Shown in pieces: positions 29,034 to 38,075 of a stretch of 64,000 nucleotides of DNA. The position numbers and the translations under genes are program-made. The notes under the pieces are model-generated. The model was not told the DNA's origin, ran no database searches, and saw only the letters and a list, made by a program, of their open reading frames with translations. The first letter of the stretch is position 1. Each line of letters starts with the position of its first letter. The stretch lies in the sequence record AP018399.1; one strand, 5' to 3'.

Positions 29034-29246
29034 TTATCGCTTGGATTTGCGCTTTGCAATGCGGGCCTTTGCACGCTGGGCACGGGCTGCGTTATGCTTG
29101 CCGGTACGGGTCCGCGACCACTGGCTGAATAGCTGCTGCATACGCAACTGGTTCAGGTAGTCATCCGCTGCCTTCTGTAGCTCAGCGCTGTCGATTTCTT
29201 TGCCTTCGGCGGTCAGGTCGGTTACGAGTTCGTCACTGGTTTGCAT
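29034..29246 (-). CDS. small protein with basic tail
   Basis: 70-aa ORF. Confidence 0.6.
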   Translation of the reverse strand: MQTSDELVTDLTAEGKEIDSAELQKAADDYLNQLRMQQLFSQWSRTRTGKHNAARAQRAKARIAKRKSKR

Positions 29247-29354
29247 TTGTTATCCTAAGTTAGACGGCTAGGATAGCAAATAGATGACTCAAGTTCAATA
29301 CTTGACTTTGAGTGTAGAAGATGAGATAAATACGGTATATCCCGGAATCTCATC

Positions 29355-29762
29355 ATGCTACTAGAAGACCTACGCCCACAAGTAAGACGCGACCAGTCCG
29401 CAGAACGCCTATACCATCGTGAAAAGGGCTTCCCGCAGGACGTGAACCTACCTCGCGGCTTCTCCCCGGTTGTTCGCCTACGCTACGGCGGACACGCTCG
29501 ACAGGAAGCAATGGCTGACCGCTATGGCAATTTGAAGCTGCCTGATGCAATCGACGTGCGTAAGGGTGATATCTTTGAGATTGGTGTCACCGGGAACACC
29601 GTCACCAAGATGGCAGTTCGTATGCCATACAATGACAAAATCGACTTGGTTGTGGTCTTCATGCCCGCTGATGGCTTCGTAAAGACCGTGTGGGCGAACA
29701 CCAAGGGCGACACCCACAAGACCCTAGACCTATCGAAGTACGCTGACCCGAAGCGCCATTAA
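29355..29762 (+). CDS. hypothetical protein, possible BECR-fold RNase-like
   Basis: Lone plus-strand gene; GHARQEAMADRY and VKTVWAN..D.HKTLD.SKY. Confidence 0.65.
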   Translation: MLLEDLRPQVRRDQSAERLYHREKGFPQDVNLPRGFSPVVRLRYGGHARQEAMADRYGNLKLPDAIDVRKGDIFEIGVTGNTVTKMAVRMPYNDKIDLVVVFMPADGFVKTVWANTKGDTHKTLDLSKYADPKRH

Positions 29763-30061
29763 ACCTCTTTGTTGGCGATTCGGGCCAACTGACCCGCATA
29801 CTTGACCATCTTCTTGCGGATGAGCGCAATCTGACGCGGCGACAGGAAGCCGTTGGTGCGCTTGTACTGGTTGACCAAATCGGTCAGGATGTTGGCGTCA
29901 ACGCCATTGAAACCGATACCATTCTGCTCTTTCGTGGTTTCGGTTGCCTTCTCTTCTTCCGTCTGGCGAGCATGGATTGCCAGCAGGCCACGGACCAGCC
30001 ACTTGTCGTCCGATTCCAGCTTGGCCTTGACTTCTTCCTTCGTCCACTTCTTGTCGGTCAT
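29759..30061 (-). CDS. conserved-type phage hypothetical protein
   Basis: RQT.EE.....T...NGIGF...DA..L....Q..LSP.Q. Confidence 0.8.
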   Translation of the reverse strand: MTDKKWTKEEVKAKLESDDKWLVRGLLAIHARQTEEEKATETTKEQNGIGFNGVDANILTDLVNQYKRTNGFLSPRQIALIRKKMVKYAGQLARIANKEV

Positions 30062-30538
30062 GGCTTTGACTCCCGGTGTGTGGGAGTCATTATACACTTA
30101 TAATTTCGACCGTCAAGCCCTTATTGCTTGAATTTTCGCAATTCGGGCAGAAGTTTTTCCAGATATTCGGCCACGGCTTTGGCTTCGTAGTAGTCTTCAC
30201 GATAGCTCGGGCCACAGTCATCATAGTGGCCGAACATGGATAGACTACTCTGGGCAGACTTGAGGTTTTGCCTCGCCTTGCCCAATTCGTCTTCCATCAC
30301 GCGGATGACGCTACCGTTTCGCGCCCGCTGCTCCTTGTCGCTCACAGTAGCGCCAGCCAGCCCAGCGACTTGACCGCGTGATAGGTCAGCAGGCTTCCGA
30401 GAATGAAGGGGATGGCCTTGAAGAACACGGCGCTCTTGAAGTTCGACGTGTGCATCAGACACAGGCTCAGCAGGTACAGACCCGCAATCAGGATGATGTA
30501 GGGCATTACGTTGCTCCGTTGAATGAGCCGTCAATGTA

Positions 30539-30922
30539 CTAAATTATATTACGTCTGTCAACAGGTGGACCGACTAATTTACACAAATAGTCGATAAGTC
30601 TTTGAGTGTAAAAGAATTCCGTCAAATCTATTGACGTGCCGCCCTTGATGTGCGACCATAGTTCAGCGAATCGGTGTACTTCTTCACGGGTAGGAAGGTC
30701 GCTGTCCTTCTTCCGGTTGCATTTGGCACATGATAGAACCATGTTGCCGGTTAGCGTGTTACCCCATGAACGGGGGAAGAAATGGTCACGGGTGTAACCG
30801 TGTGGATTCTTCTTGTCGTGGCCTACGGGGTCCAGCTTCTTGCTGCAATAGAAACATGCGTATTGTTGCAAGTTCAGCATAAGGGAATATGAGAACTGCG
30901 GTCGTGTATTGGGAGTCATCAC
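30539..30922 (-). CDS. HNH endonuclease-like protein
   Basis: CFYC..TRDHFFPRSWG..N.VLSCAKCNRKK. Confidence 0.85.
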   Translation of the reverse strand: MMTPNTRPQFSYSLMLNLQQYACFYCSKKLDPVGHDKKNPHGYTRDHFFPRSWGNTLTGNMVLSCAKCNRKKDSDLPTREEVHRFAELWSHIKGGTSIDLTEFFYTQRLIDYLCKLVGPPVDRRNII

Positions 30923-30929
30923 CCAATAT

Positions 30930-31217
30930 TTATTTGACTTTTCCCAGCCCTTGCAATGCCAGCCACGACGTATAGAAATAGCCGTAAACGTCCGGAACAG
31001 CGAGGCTTCCCACGAAATACTGAACCAATGGAAGCTTGCCGTTGCTGTCCTTGTATAGCTCTTTACACCACGTTGACCATTCCTGCATTACCTCGACAGG
31101 CAATTGCTCAGTCAGCGGCTTGAACTGAATGAATAGATGGTATGGGATTTGTACTGGAATAACAAGTACGGGCTGCATCTTCGTTCCTTTGATGATGCCA
31201 CTATATCCAATGGACAA
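30930..31217 (-). CDS. hypothetical protein
   Basis: Downstream of promoter element copy 9. Confidence 0.5.
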   Translation of the reverse strand: MSIGYSGIIKGTKMQPVLVIPVQIPYHLFIQFKPLTEQLPVEVMQEWSTWCKELYKDSNGKLPLVQYFVGSLAVPDVYGYFYTSWLALQGLGKVK

Positions 31218-31252
31218 CCTCGTGTCAAGCGTGTATTGTGGCCGCTCAGTTC

Positions 31253-31296
31253 CCCGGCCTCCCAGCCATTTTACACTATAATTTAGAAGCTGTCAA
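31253..31296 (-). repeat. conserved promoter element copy 9 (variant)
   Basis: TTGACA-N17-TAAAAT-GGCTGGGAGGCCGGG on minus strand. Confidence 0.8.
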
Positions 31297-31353
31297 CACT
31301 TGCAATTAAATTAATTCGTGATATGATGGCGTTATCTTCACTGGTCAAAACGT

Positions 31354-31803
31354 ATGGCTATCACCATCGTTTCATATCAGCGGTTCGCCGACATGCCACG
31401 CGCATTGCATAGTGCGTGCTGTATCATGGGCGACCATAGCGGGCACATGCGCAGGCTCGCGGAGAACCTGTATCTACGGAACGGGGAGCCACACTTCACC
31501 CTGCGGGAAGCGCTGGTGATGTACGACGGTGGCGAGGTAGTCGGCTGGGCTGCACTGTACGATGAATGGGGACTAGACCACCCGTGTGCCAGCGTGTGGA
31601 TATGGCCTCACATGAGGGGACAGGGCTACGGCTCTCGACTCATGAAGGACATGCACGAACGTTGGCACAAAGCCAAGCCGGAAGTATTCAATTCAGTTGT
31701 GAAGGTATGGCGTGAACTGGATGAGGGCAGGGCCACCCCTACTCAAATAAGTCCTAACGCAAGCGTTACTATGGTACCCCTATATACAGGGTATGCTAGT
31801 TAA
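31354..31803 (+). CDS. GNAT-family acetyltransferase-like protein
   Basis: VWIWPHMRGQGYGSRLM acetyl-CoA motif. Confidence 0.75.
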   Translation: MAITIVSYQRFADMPRALHSACCIMGDHSGHMRRLAENLYLRNGEPHFTLREALVMYDGGEVVGWAALYDEWGLDHPCASVWIWPHMRGQGYGSRLMKDMHERWHKAKPEVFNSVVKVWRELDEGRATPTQISPNASVTMVPLYTGYAS

Positions 31804-32044
31804 AGTCGCCATCATCCCACCCAACAAAGATTACATTGTACTGCGTCAACAGGACGGACAAGAAGGTCGGTTCCCTCGTCAGTTCGCAAGGCATGTTTCA
31901 ACTAACGATATCTGTTTGATGACAGAGTATCGCGGTCGTCCTCAACTCAAATTGTTGACAGATGACGATGAAGTCGTTATAATGAATACCACGCAACGGT
32001 TCGGGCCACCGCCTAAACCACCTGAACCGATTCCAACTCCTTGA
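31793..32044 (+). CDS. hypothetical protein
   Basis: Overlaps upstream stop. Confidence 0.55.
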   Translation: MLVKVAIIPPNKDYIVLRQQDGQEGRFPRQFARHVSTNDICLMTEYRGRPQLKLLTDDDEVVIMNTTQRFGPPPKPPEPIPTP

Positions 32045-32051
32045 GGGATAT

Positions 32052-32573
32052 ATGAAAAAGCTTCTCCTGTTCACCTTGCTGACCCTGTTCAGCTTCGCAG
32101 CCTCGGCTCAGTCCTATTCAGGCCGTGGCGTCACCACGTCTACCTACCCCGTCTTCGACCGCGTGTACGAGCCTGCAACGCAGGTATGCCGCGAGGTCGT
32201 GGTGGACTCGGGCTACAACGCTGGTGGCGCTGCTGTCGGTGCTGTGGTCGGCTACGTGCTGGGCCGTGAAATCGACCGCGACTCCCGCAGCTACTACGGT
32301 GGCTATTACGGTGGGCGTGGCTACGGCCATCGTGGCGGCTACTACAATGACCGCCGTGGGTATTACGGTGGCGTGTACGAAAGCCGTGTGGGCCGCTACG
32401 GCGGTGCTGTGGCCGGTGCTGTCATCGGTGGCAATGCTGGCCGCTCGGCTGGTGTGACGACGGTGTGTGAGGAACAGCGCAACGGCTATGCCCGTGAAGT
32501 GCTGGTCGGCTACCGCATCGTGACCCGCTATCCGGATGGCACCACCCGCGAACGCTTCGAACCGACCCGTTGA
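32052..32573 (+). CDS. exported glycine-zipper (YcfJ-like) protein
   Basis: Signal peptide; GAAVGAVVG and GAVAGAVIG; GYRIVTRY. Confidence 0.75.
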   Translation: MKKLLLFTLLTLFSFAASAQSYSGRGVTTSTYPVFDRVYEPATQVCREVVVDSGYNAGGAAVGAVVGYVLGREIDRDSRSYYGGYYGGRGYGHRGGYYNDRRGYYGGVYESRVGRYGGAVAGAVIGGNAGRSAGVTTVCEEQRNGYAREVLVGYRIVTRYPDGTTRERFEPTR

Positions 32574-32621
32574 CAGATTAAAGTTCAATAGCTATACTAA
32601 TCTCTCAACACTAGGAATCCC

Positions 32622-32870
32622 ATGAAGCGTATCCTCCTGCTCGCCGTTCTGGCCCTGTCCCTCACTGGCTGCTACAACGGCAACGATGCCCGCAAGGCGC
32701 TGGAAGCCCAAGGCTTTACCGATATCGAAATCACCGGCCATTCGTGGTTCGCGTGCAGCGAAGACGACACGTATTCTACGGGATTCGTCGCTACCAATCC
32801 GCAGGGCAAGCGAGTCAAGGGCACTGTCTGCTCTGGCTTCCTGTTCAAGAACGCTACCATTCGCTGGTAA
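32622..32870 (+). CDS. small lipoprotein
   Basis: Lipobox LTGC; GF..I..TG..WF.CS.DD...GF.A..G.VCSG. Confidence 0.8.
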   Translation: MKRILLLAVLALSLTGCYNGNDARKALEAQGFTDIEITGHSWFACSEDDTYSTGFVATNPQGKRVKGTVCSGFLFKNATIRW

Positions 32871-33106
32871 TGGCCTGCGACTGCGAGACGTGCAAGTATT
32901 TGGCCGAGTTTCAGACTCGGCTTAATGCTATTCCGGAAGAACACCGGGCATTCTTCGATGACCTGATGCAGCGTTATGAAGGCGCTTGCACTGACCGGGA
33001 TGTGAATGCGTCCATTCTAGACGGGTCATGGCCGTCCGCAAAAGGCTACATTGAACATGCCGCACAAACTTTAGGGTTCAAGTTGGTCCCTATTGACAAG
33101 GCGTGA
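32870..33106 (+). CDS. hypothetical protein
   Basis: TAATG-coupled; LDGSWP motif. Confidence 0.6.
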   Translation: MACDCETCKYLAEFQTRLNAIPEEHRAFFDDLMQRYEGACTDRDVNASILDGSWPSAKGYIEHAAQTLGFKLVPIDKA

Positions 33107-33145
33107 AGATGTGTTAACATATTGGTCTAAACATTTAGGCCCAAT

Positions 33146-33499
33146 ATGACACCGCAAGAAGCCGCACAAGAAGAAGTCCCGAGCAATGTGATTTACATGG
33201 CCGAATTCCTCATGAGACGCAGGAATCAGGCTGTCACCGAAGCCAATGCCATGTTCGCAAAGGCTCAAAAGCTCTCCAAGAACCCCGACCCACGTCAAGA
33301 CCCGTTCGCTGGCGTCCTGATGAAGAAGGTTGATGCACTCGCCGAAAAGGCGGAAGCCCTTGAGAAACATATCAAGTTCATCGTTCGCGGTGGACGTGGG
33401 TCCATGATTCCGTCTCCGGGTTACAGCACGGCATACGGCCAGCCTTCGCCGCCCCCTCCGGTGAACATTAGCGTGACATTTCCCGCCCCTATCAAGTAA
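33146..33499 (+). CDS. hypothetical protein
   Basis: Own promoter. Confidence 0.65.
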   Translation: MTPQEAAQEEVPSNVIYMAEFLMRRRNQAVTEANAMFAKAQKLSKNPDPRQDPFAGVLMKKVDALAEKAEALEKHIKFIVRGGRGSMIPSPGYSTAYGQPSPPPPVNISVTFPAPIK

Positions 33500-33616
33500 A
33501 AAACTTACTCATTCAGCCAGAAATTTGACGTTTCTGGCTGAATTTGTTATTGACAAGCTTTAAAGAACTGGTATATACTTTGTCTGTAGTACCACAAAAC
33601 CACTGAGGACACTCCG

Positions 33617-33982
33617 ATGAATGAAACTGATTTGGTCAATGCTGACCTGCACGACGAAGCCGATGGAATTGGCGAAAGTGCGGCAGTAGTGGCCGCTGCT
33701 CCGGTGGCTCCCGCTGCCGATGAAGTACAGACCCCGGCCGCTGCTGTCGTGACCGATGCCGTTACCAAGGCTCGCTCTGGCGCTGGTCGCAAGGTTGACA
33801 CCACTGGCACCACGGCTCTGGGAACCGCTCGCATCCTGTATGCAGCGAATCCGGGCTTGGGCACCAAGGAACTCCGCGCTCTGTTCGTGGAAAAGCTCGG
33901 CCCGAAGTTCGGCACCACCGAATCGGTTGCCCAGACCTACGTCAGTCTGGTGCGCAAGCCGAAGGCGAAGAAGGCCGCGTAA
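33617..33982 (+). CDS. Ala/Lys-rich protein
   Basis: Own promoter, biased codons. Confidence 0.7.
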   Translation: MNETDLVNADLHDEADGIGESAAVVAAAPVAPAADEVQTPAAAVVTDAVTKARSGAGRKVDTTGTTALGTARILYAANPGLGTKELRALFVEKLGPKFGTTESVAQTYVSLVRKPKAKKAA

Positions 33983-34109
33983 GCAATACAGCTTAAAGCA
34001 AATAAGATTGCGTGTCAATGACAAATTGGCACGCAATCTTTAAAAATTGTTGTTGACAATCCGTGATGATGTCTTATAATTAACGCATCGAATCACTAGG
34101 GAGTCACCA

Positions 34110-34862
34110 ATGAACAAGTCGCCGAAGCTTCTCTCTGTCGCCGCCGATGCAAAGACGGTGAAGGGTCAGAAGATGGGGTACCTCACTGGCGTTCTGTACC
34201 TCGCTCCCCATACCATTTCCGGCTATCAGGTGTGCCCGAAGGCGTCGGAAGGTTGCCGTCTGGCCTGCCTGTATACCGCTGGCCGTGGCATCTATACCAA
34301 TACGCAAAATGCCCGCATCGCCAAAACCAAGCGCTTCCATGAGGACCGCGACGGTTTCATGGCGCAGCTTGTCGATGAAGTGGAAGCGCTGATTCGCAAG
34401 GCAAAGCGTGAAAGCCTGATTCCCGTGGTCCGTCTCAATGGCACGTCTGATTTGCCGTGGGAGAAAATCAAGTGCAATCGTAACGGCGTCGCCTATGCGT
34501 CCATCATGGAAGCGTTCGCGGACGTGCAATTCTACGATTACACTAAGGTTCTGGGGCGTTCTAAGGCGCTTTCTCTGCCTAACTACTCGCTCACTTTCTC
34601 TCTGGCGGAAGACAATGACGCTGCTGCAATGAAGGCATTGCAGGAGGGTTTCAACGTCGCCGTTGTGATGAAGGTAGGCCGCAAAGAAGACAAGCCCGCG
34701 AATTGGGGCGGCTTTCCGGTAGTCAATGGCGATGAAACCGACTTGCGCTTTCTGGACCCGCAGGGCGGTCACATTGTCGGCCTGTTCCCCAAGGGCAAGG
34801 CCGGTAAGGATACGCTGGGATTCGTCCGGGCAAAGGATAGCGGCTTCGCAAGAGCCGCTTGA
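34110..34862 (+). CDS. Gp88-family protein
   Basis: NAKT.KG-like start, VCPKASEGCRLACL..AGRG, VRLNGTSD, FYDYTK, GDETDLRFLDP. Confidence 0.8.
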   Translation: MNKSPKLLSVAADAKTVKGQKMGYLTGVLYLAPHTISGYQVCPKASEGCRLACLYTAGRGIYTNTQNARIAKTKRFHEDRDGFMAQLVDEVEALIRKAKRESLIPVVRLNGTSDLPWEKIKCNRNGVAYASIMEAFADVQFYDYTKVLGRSKALSLPNYSLTFSLAEDNDAAAMKALQEGFNVAVVMKVGRKEDKPANWGGFPVVNGDETDLRFLDPQGGHIVGLFPKGKAGKDTLGFVRAKDSGFARAA

Positions 34863-34910
34863 TAATTACAAGTAGATAAGCTAAAGTCATCCTAGTAGAT
34901 ACATACTAGG

Positions 34911-35417
34911 ATGACCAGCAAGAATGTAAGCCGCCATACGATTGACGTAAAGACTTTCCGGGACAGACGCAAAAGCGACGTTCCGACTTTGCTCAATGCG
35001 GTTGAATTTTTTCTTGACGAATTACTAAAACGCTGTACAATAGCGTACAAGTTAAACATTAAAGTCACGCTCAAGAACGGACCCGTTAAGGGTGACGACA
35101 AGAGCCTGAATGATGGACTAGCTTGGGAACACGAATCCGGGACAGGGGTCAAGTGGTTTCATATCCACTTGAATGATAACGTTCCGTTCCTAGAACTGCT
35201 CTCCACTTTGGCTCATGAGACAGTCCATGTCGTGCAATTTGCGACTGGCAGACTTCGAATCGAAGATGAGGATTGGATTTGGGAAGGCAAGAACTACGGA
35301 CCAAAGCCCTATATTGGGAAAGAAGTTGACAATCAACTTCCGTGGGAGTATGATGCGTACTCCAAGGAACCTGAACTCGCTCGGAAATTCGTTAAACAAT
35401 ACTATTCCATCTGGTAA
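34911..35417 (+). CDS. HEXXH zinc-peptidase-like protein
   Basis: TLAHETVHVVQF..G.L; LPWEYDAY. Confidence 0.75.
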   Translation: MTSKNVSRHTIDVKTFRDRRKSDVPTLLNAVEFFLDELLKRCTIAYKLNIKVTLKNGPVKGDDKSLNDGLAWEHESGTGVKWFHIHLNDNVPFLELLSTLAHETVHVVQFATGRLRIEDEDWIWEGKNYGPKPYIGKEVDNQLPWEYDAYSKEPELARKFVKQYYSIW

Positions 35418-35426
35418 ACCCATCAA

Positions 35427-35606
35427 ATGAGCAACATTGCAAACCTTTCTCGTCAGATTGCCAAGCTCAGCGCCCAGCTTACGGACGCCAAGGCAAAGGG
35501 TGATATCGACCTCGCTGAACAGCTTGAGGACGAACTGAACGACCTTGAAGACCAGTTGGAAGACGAGGAAGAGGCCAACCGCGATGGCGGCTTTGGCTGG
35601 TCCTAA
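35427..35606 (+). CDS. small acidic coiled-coil protein
   Basis: Hand-translated 59 aa. Confidence 0.55.
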   Translation: MSNIANLSRQIAKLSAQLTDAKAKGDIDLAEQLEDELNDLEDQLEDEEEANRDGGFGWS

Positions 35607-35663
35607 TAAGTCCTAACGCTCGCGTTAACCCCTCCATTTCTCCTTTACAAACAAGGATTTACA

Positions 35664-36101
35664 ATGTGTCTTGATATTGACGTGCGGTATCACCCGAACT
35701 ACGGCAAGAAGGGTTCGGCGTTCATCGCCCAGCAGCCCATCCTCGTCTACAAGCGCCTGAACTGCGCTGACAAGACCGGTGGCAAGGCTCCCTATCAGGG
35801 AACCCGCTGGGACTTCGGTGTCGAGCAGCGTGTCCCCCGGTTCGGCTATTGGGGTCAGAACCGCCGCGAAATCGACGTGGGCCTCCATGCGTTCTTCACC
35901 AAGGACGCCAACCGTTGCTACGGTGACGTGTTCCCGGCTGTGATTCCGGCCGGTGCCCGCTTCTTCCTCGGCACGAATGGTGAAGTGGTTTCCACGGCTC
36001 TGACCGTGTACCGTACCCAGAAGGAAATGCTGGCCGCATTCGGTGCAAAGGCTGTCGGTCCGGCCATCAAGCGCCATACCCTGACCAAGCGGGCACGCTA
36101 A
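35664..36101 (+). CDS. hypothetical protein, paralogous family to the 1..449 ORF
   Basis: VYKR, GLHAF, AVIPAGARFFLG, VVS. Confidence 0.75.
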   Translation: MCLDIDVRYHPNYGKKGSAFIAQQPILVYKRLNCADKTGGKAPYQGTRWDFGVEQRVPRFGYWGQNRREIDVGLHAFFTKDANRCYGDVFPAVIPAGARFFLGTNGEVVSTALTVYRTQKEMLAAFGAKAVGPAIKRHTLTKRAR

Positions 36102-36682
36102 TGTTCGGTCCGGCCGTCTCCCCAACTCCGCTGCGCACCTTCAACACCGATGACGCTCTGGCCTTCGTGGAAGGCCGGGGTGTGGATGCCGCTGGTCGCA
36201 CCATCGAAGACTATTTCAAGTTCGATGCGGACAAGTGGGAAGAGTGCCACAACCATGTGCAGTGGGCGTTCCCCAGCCACATCATGTCGCGCTTCAATCT
36301 GGAAGCGCCCGTGGTGGACATGGAAGACTTCGCCAACCGGCTGACCGCACAGGGCCACATCAATATCAAGCGATTGATGGGCAACTACCTGACCTCGCTT
36401 GGCTGGTTCGAAGACAAGGGCGGCTGGCACGCTGACCTCAAGCACGAGCGTGCGGGACTGTGGCTGTCGCCGTACAACCACAACTATCAGCGCATTTCGC
36501 GACTGCTGAACCTGCTGTCGTGGATTGATTCCAATCTGGCAATCGAACTGCTGAACGAATTCCTGACCGTCGCACAGGAAGCTTCGAAGTGGGTGATGGA
36601 AGACCATTTCAAGCGTCCTATGGCTGTCATCAATGCCGAGACTGTGGTATACTGGTCTAAAGCCGCCATCGGAAAACTTTAA
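36101..36682 (+). CDS. OGFr (opioid growth factor receptor) conserved-domain protein
   Basis: WEECHNHVQWAFP, SRFN..AP, NHNYQRISRLL..L. Confidence 0.75.
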   Translation: MFGPAVSPTPLRTFNTDDALAFVEGRGVDAAGRTIEDYFKFDADKWEECHNHVQWAFPSHIMSRFNLEAPVVDMEDFANRLTAQGHINIKRLMGNYLTSLGWFEDKGGWHADLKHERAGLWLSPYNHNYQRISRLLNLLSWIDSNLAIELLNEFLTVAQEASKWVMEDHFKRPMAVINAETVVYWSKAAIGKL

Positions 36683-36683
36683 A

Positions 36684-36983
36684 ATGTTGCAGAAGACTAT
36701 CTCCGCTCTGTTCTCTGGCATGGAAACCCAACCGGTTGCCTTCAAGCCGTCCGAAGTGAATGATGCCTACCGCAAGGTGGACCGCATTCTGGACACGGCA
36801 TTCCTGCCGGAGCATGTGGACACTGCCGAACGCATGTTCACCAACCTGCTGAACCGCTTTGCGTTCAGTGCGGAACATCGCACGTCTCCGCTGGTGGTCG
36901 GAATGCAGGACCGTATCAATACCCGACGTGCGGAAGTCATCGCACAGTGGGAAGCAATGAATGGAACACGGGTGGCGGCATAA
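36684..36983 (+). CDS. hypothetical protein
   Basis: Operon-coupled. Confidence 0.6.
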   Translation: MLQKTISALFSGMETQPVAFKPSEVNDAYRKVDRILDTAFLPEHVDTAERMFTNLLNRFAFSAEHRTSPLVVGMQDRINTRRAEVIAQWEAMNGTRVAA

Positions 36984-37017
36984 GCCACCCAGCTTTACGT
37001 TGTACTAGGAAAATTAC

Positions 37018-37422
37018 TTGAATACCGAAATCAGTCTGGCCGACCGCAAGACGGCCCTAAATGAAAAGCTTGCGGGATTGCAGAACATCGCCATTGATGA
37101 GTCTGCCAACTTCAAGTTCATGAATCTGTTGCGCTCGCGGTTGACGGAAGAAGGTATCCCGTTGGAAGCTGCAACCCAAATCGTCGCCAATATCGACTAT
37201 GATATGTCGGCCGTCAATGAAGACGACGACTACATCGGTGACGTGGCTCTGGCCTATGCGGAGTTTGCAGCGCGCGTATACGACAAGCTCAAGGCTGGCA
37301 ACTGGCATCGTAACATGACGGACTCTGTTGTCCGCAAGTATTTCGCTCATTTCAAGATTACTCTTGATGTTCCGGAACGAAATCGTCAGTTGGCTCTTGA
37401 CTTTAACGGTCAAGGTGCTTAA
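37018..37422 (+). CDS. hypothetical protein
   Basis: 134-aa ORF. Confidence 0.65.
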   Translation: MNTEISLADRKTALNEKLAGLQNIAIDESANFKFMNLLRSRLTEEGIPLEAATQIVANIDYDMSAVNEDDDYIGDVALAYAEFAARVYDKLKAGNWHRNMTDSVVRKYFAHFKITLDVPERNRQLALDFNGQGA

Positions 37423-37431
37423 ACTATAAGC

Positions 37432-38070
37432 ATGAACCTCATTCCTGCCACTGTCACCGTTCCGGACTTCATCCTCAACAACGACCTGTTCCTGCGTGCG
37501 GCGAACTTCGCCCACAAGCACCATGATGCGGTCGGACAGAAGCGGGAAGGCTCTGGCGAACCCTACATCGTCCATCCGCTGGAAGTGGCCGGTCTGGCTC
37601 ACGCGATGGGCCATGAGTTCGACTATCCGAGCGAATGGATTGAAGTGGCTGTCGTCGCGGCGCTGCTGCACGACACCATCGAAGACACCAAATGCACCTA
37701 CAACGAAATCGAAGCTGAGTTCGGGGCTGTCGTTCGCGACACCGTGTTCTGGCTGACGGACGTGGTGGAGAAGGCCAAGGGCAATCGCCGGGTGCGCAAG
37801 GAACTGGAACGTGTGCGTCTCATGGCTGCACCGGGCCGGGTCAAGTTCATCAAGTGCTGCGATATCATCGCCAATGCCCGCTGCATCCTCAAGGACAAGC
37901 CGGGTTCGGCTCAGTTGTTCCTCACCGAGAAGATGAGCGTGCTGGATACGTTCGTCCACTACAACCGGATGCACAAGGGCACCGATAACATCGGCAAGTT
38001 GGATAAACAAATGCTTGCCAAGTGCCGTGCGGTTCTGGTAGAATTCATGGACACTATCAGCAAGCCCTAA
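37432..38070 (+). CDS. stand-alone HD-domain hydrolase, RelA/SpoT (Mesh1-like) type
   Basis: AANFAHKHH..Q.R..SGEPYIVHP.EVA; AALLHDTIEDT; IKCCDII.N. Confidence 0.85.
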   Translation: MNLIPATVTVPDFILNNDLFLRAANFAHKHHDAVGQKREGSGEPYIVHPLEVAGLAHAMGHEFDYPSEWIEVAVVAALLHDTIEDTKCTYNEIEAEFGAVVRDTVFWLTDVVEKAKGNRRVRKELERVRLMAAPGRVKFIKCCDIIANARCILKDKPGSAQLFLTEKMSVLDTFVHYNRMHKGTDNIGKLDKQMLAKCRAVLVEFMDTISKP

Positions 38071-38075
38071 AGGCC

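Larger units (their letters stand above)
9151..30117 (-). promoter_or_regulatory. array of more than 30 sigma70-type promoters (TTGACA/TTGCAC-N16-17-TATAAT), roughly one per small gene
   Basis: On + strand ATTATA...TGTCAA/GTGCAA at about 9570, 10233, 10997, 11242, 11683, 12009, 13073, 13525, 14473, 15067, 15500, 16930, 18460, 19387, 20700, 20992, 21578, 22243, 22620, 23479, 23756, 24755, 25333, 25646, 26696, 28442, 30090 and others. Confidence 0.85.

Noticed and set aside
12040-31296. Repeated motif as a CRISPR array or mini-array
   Set aside because: Copies are hundreds to thousands of bp apart, in both orientations, with genes between them; no cas genes
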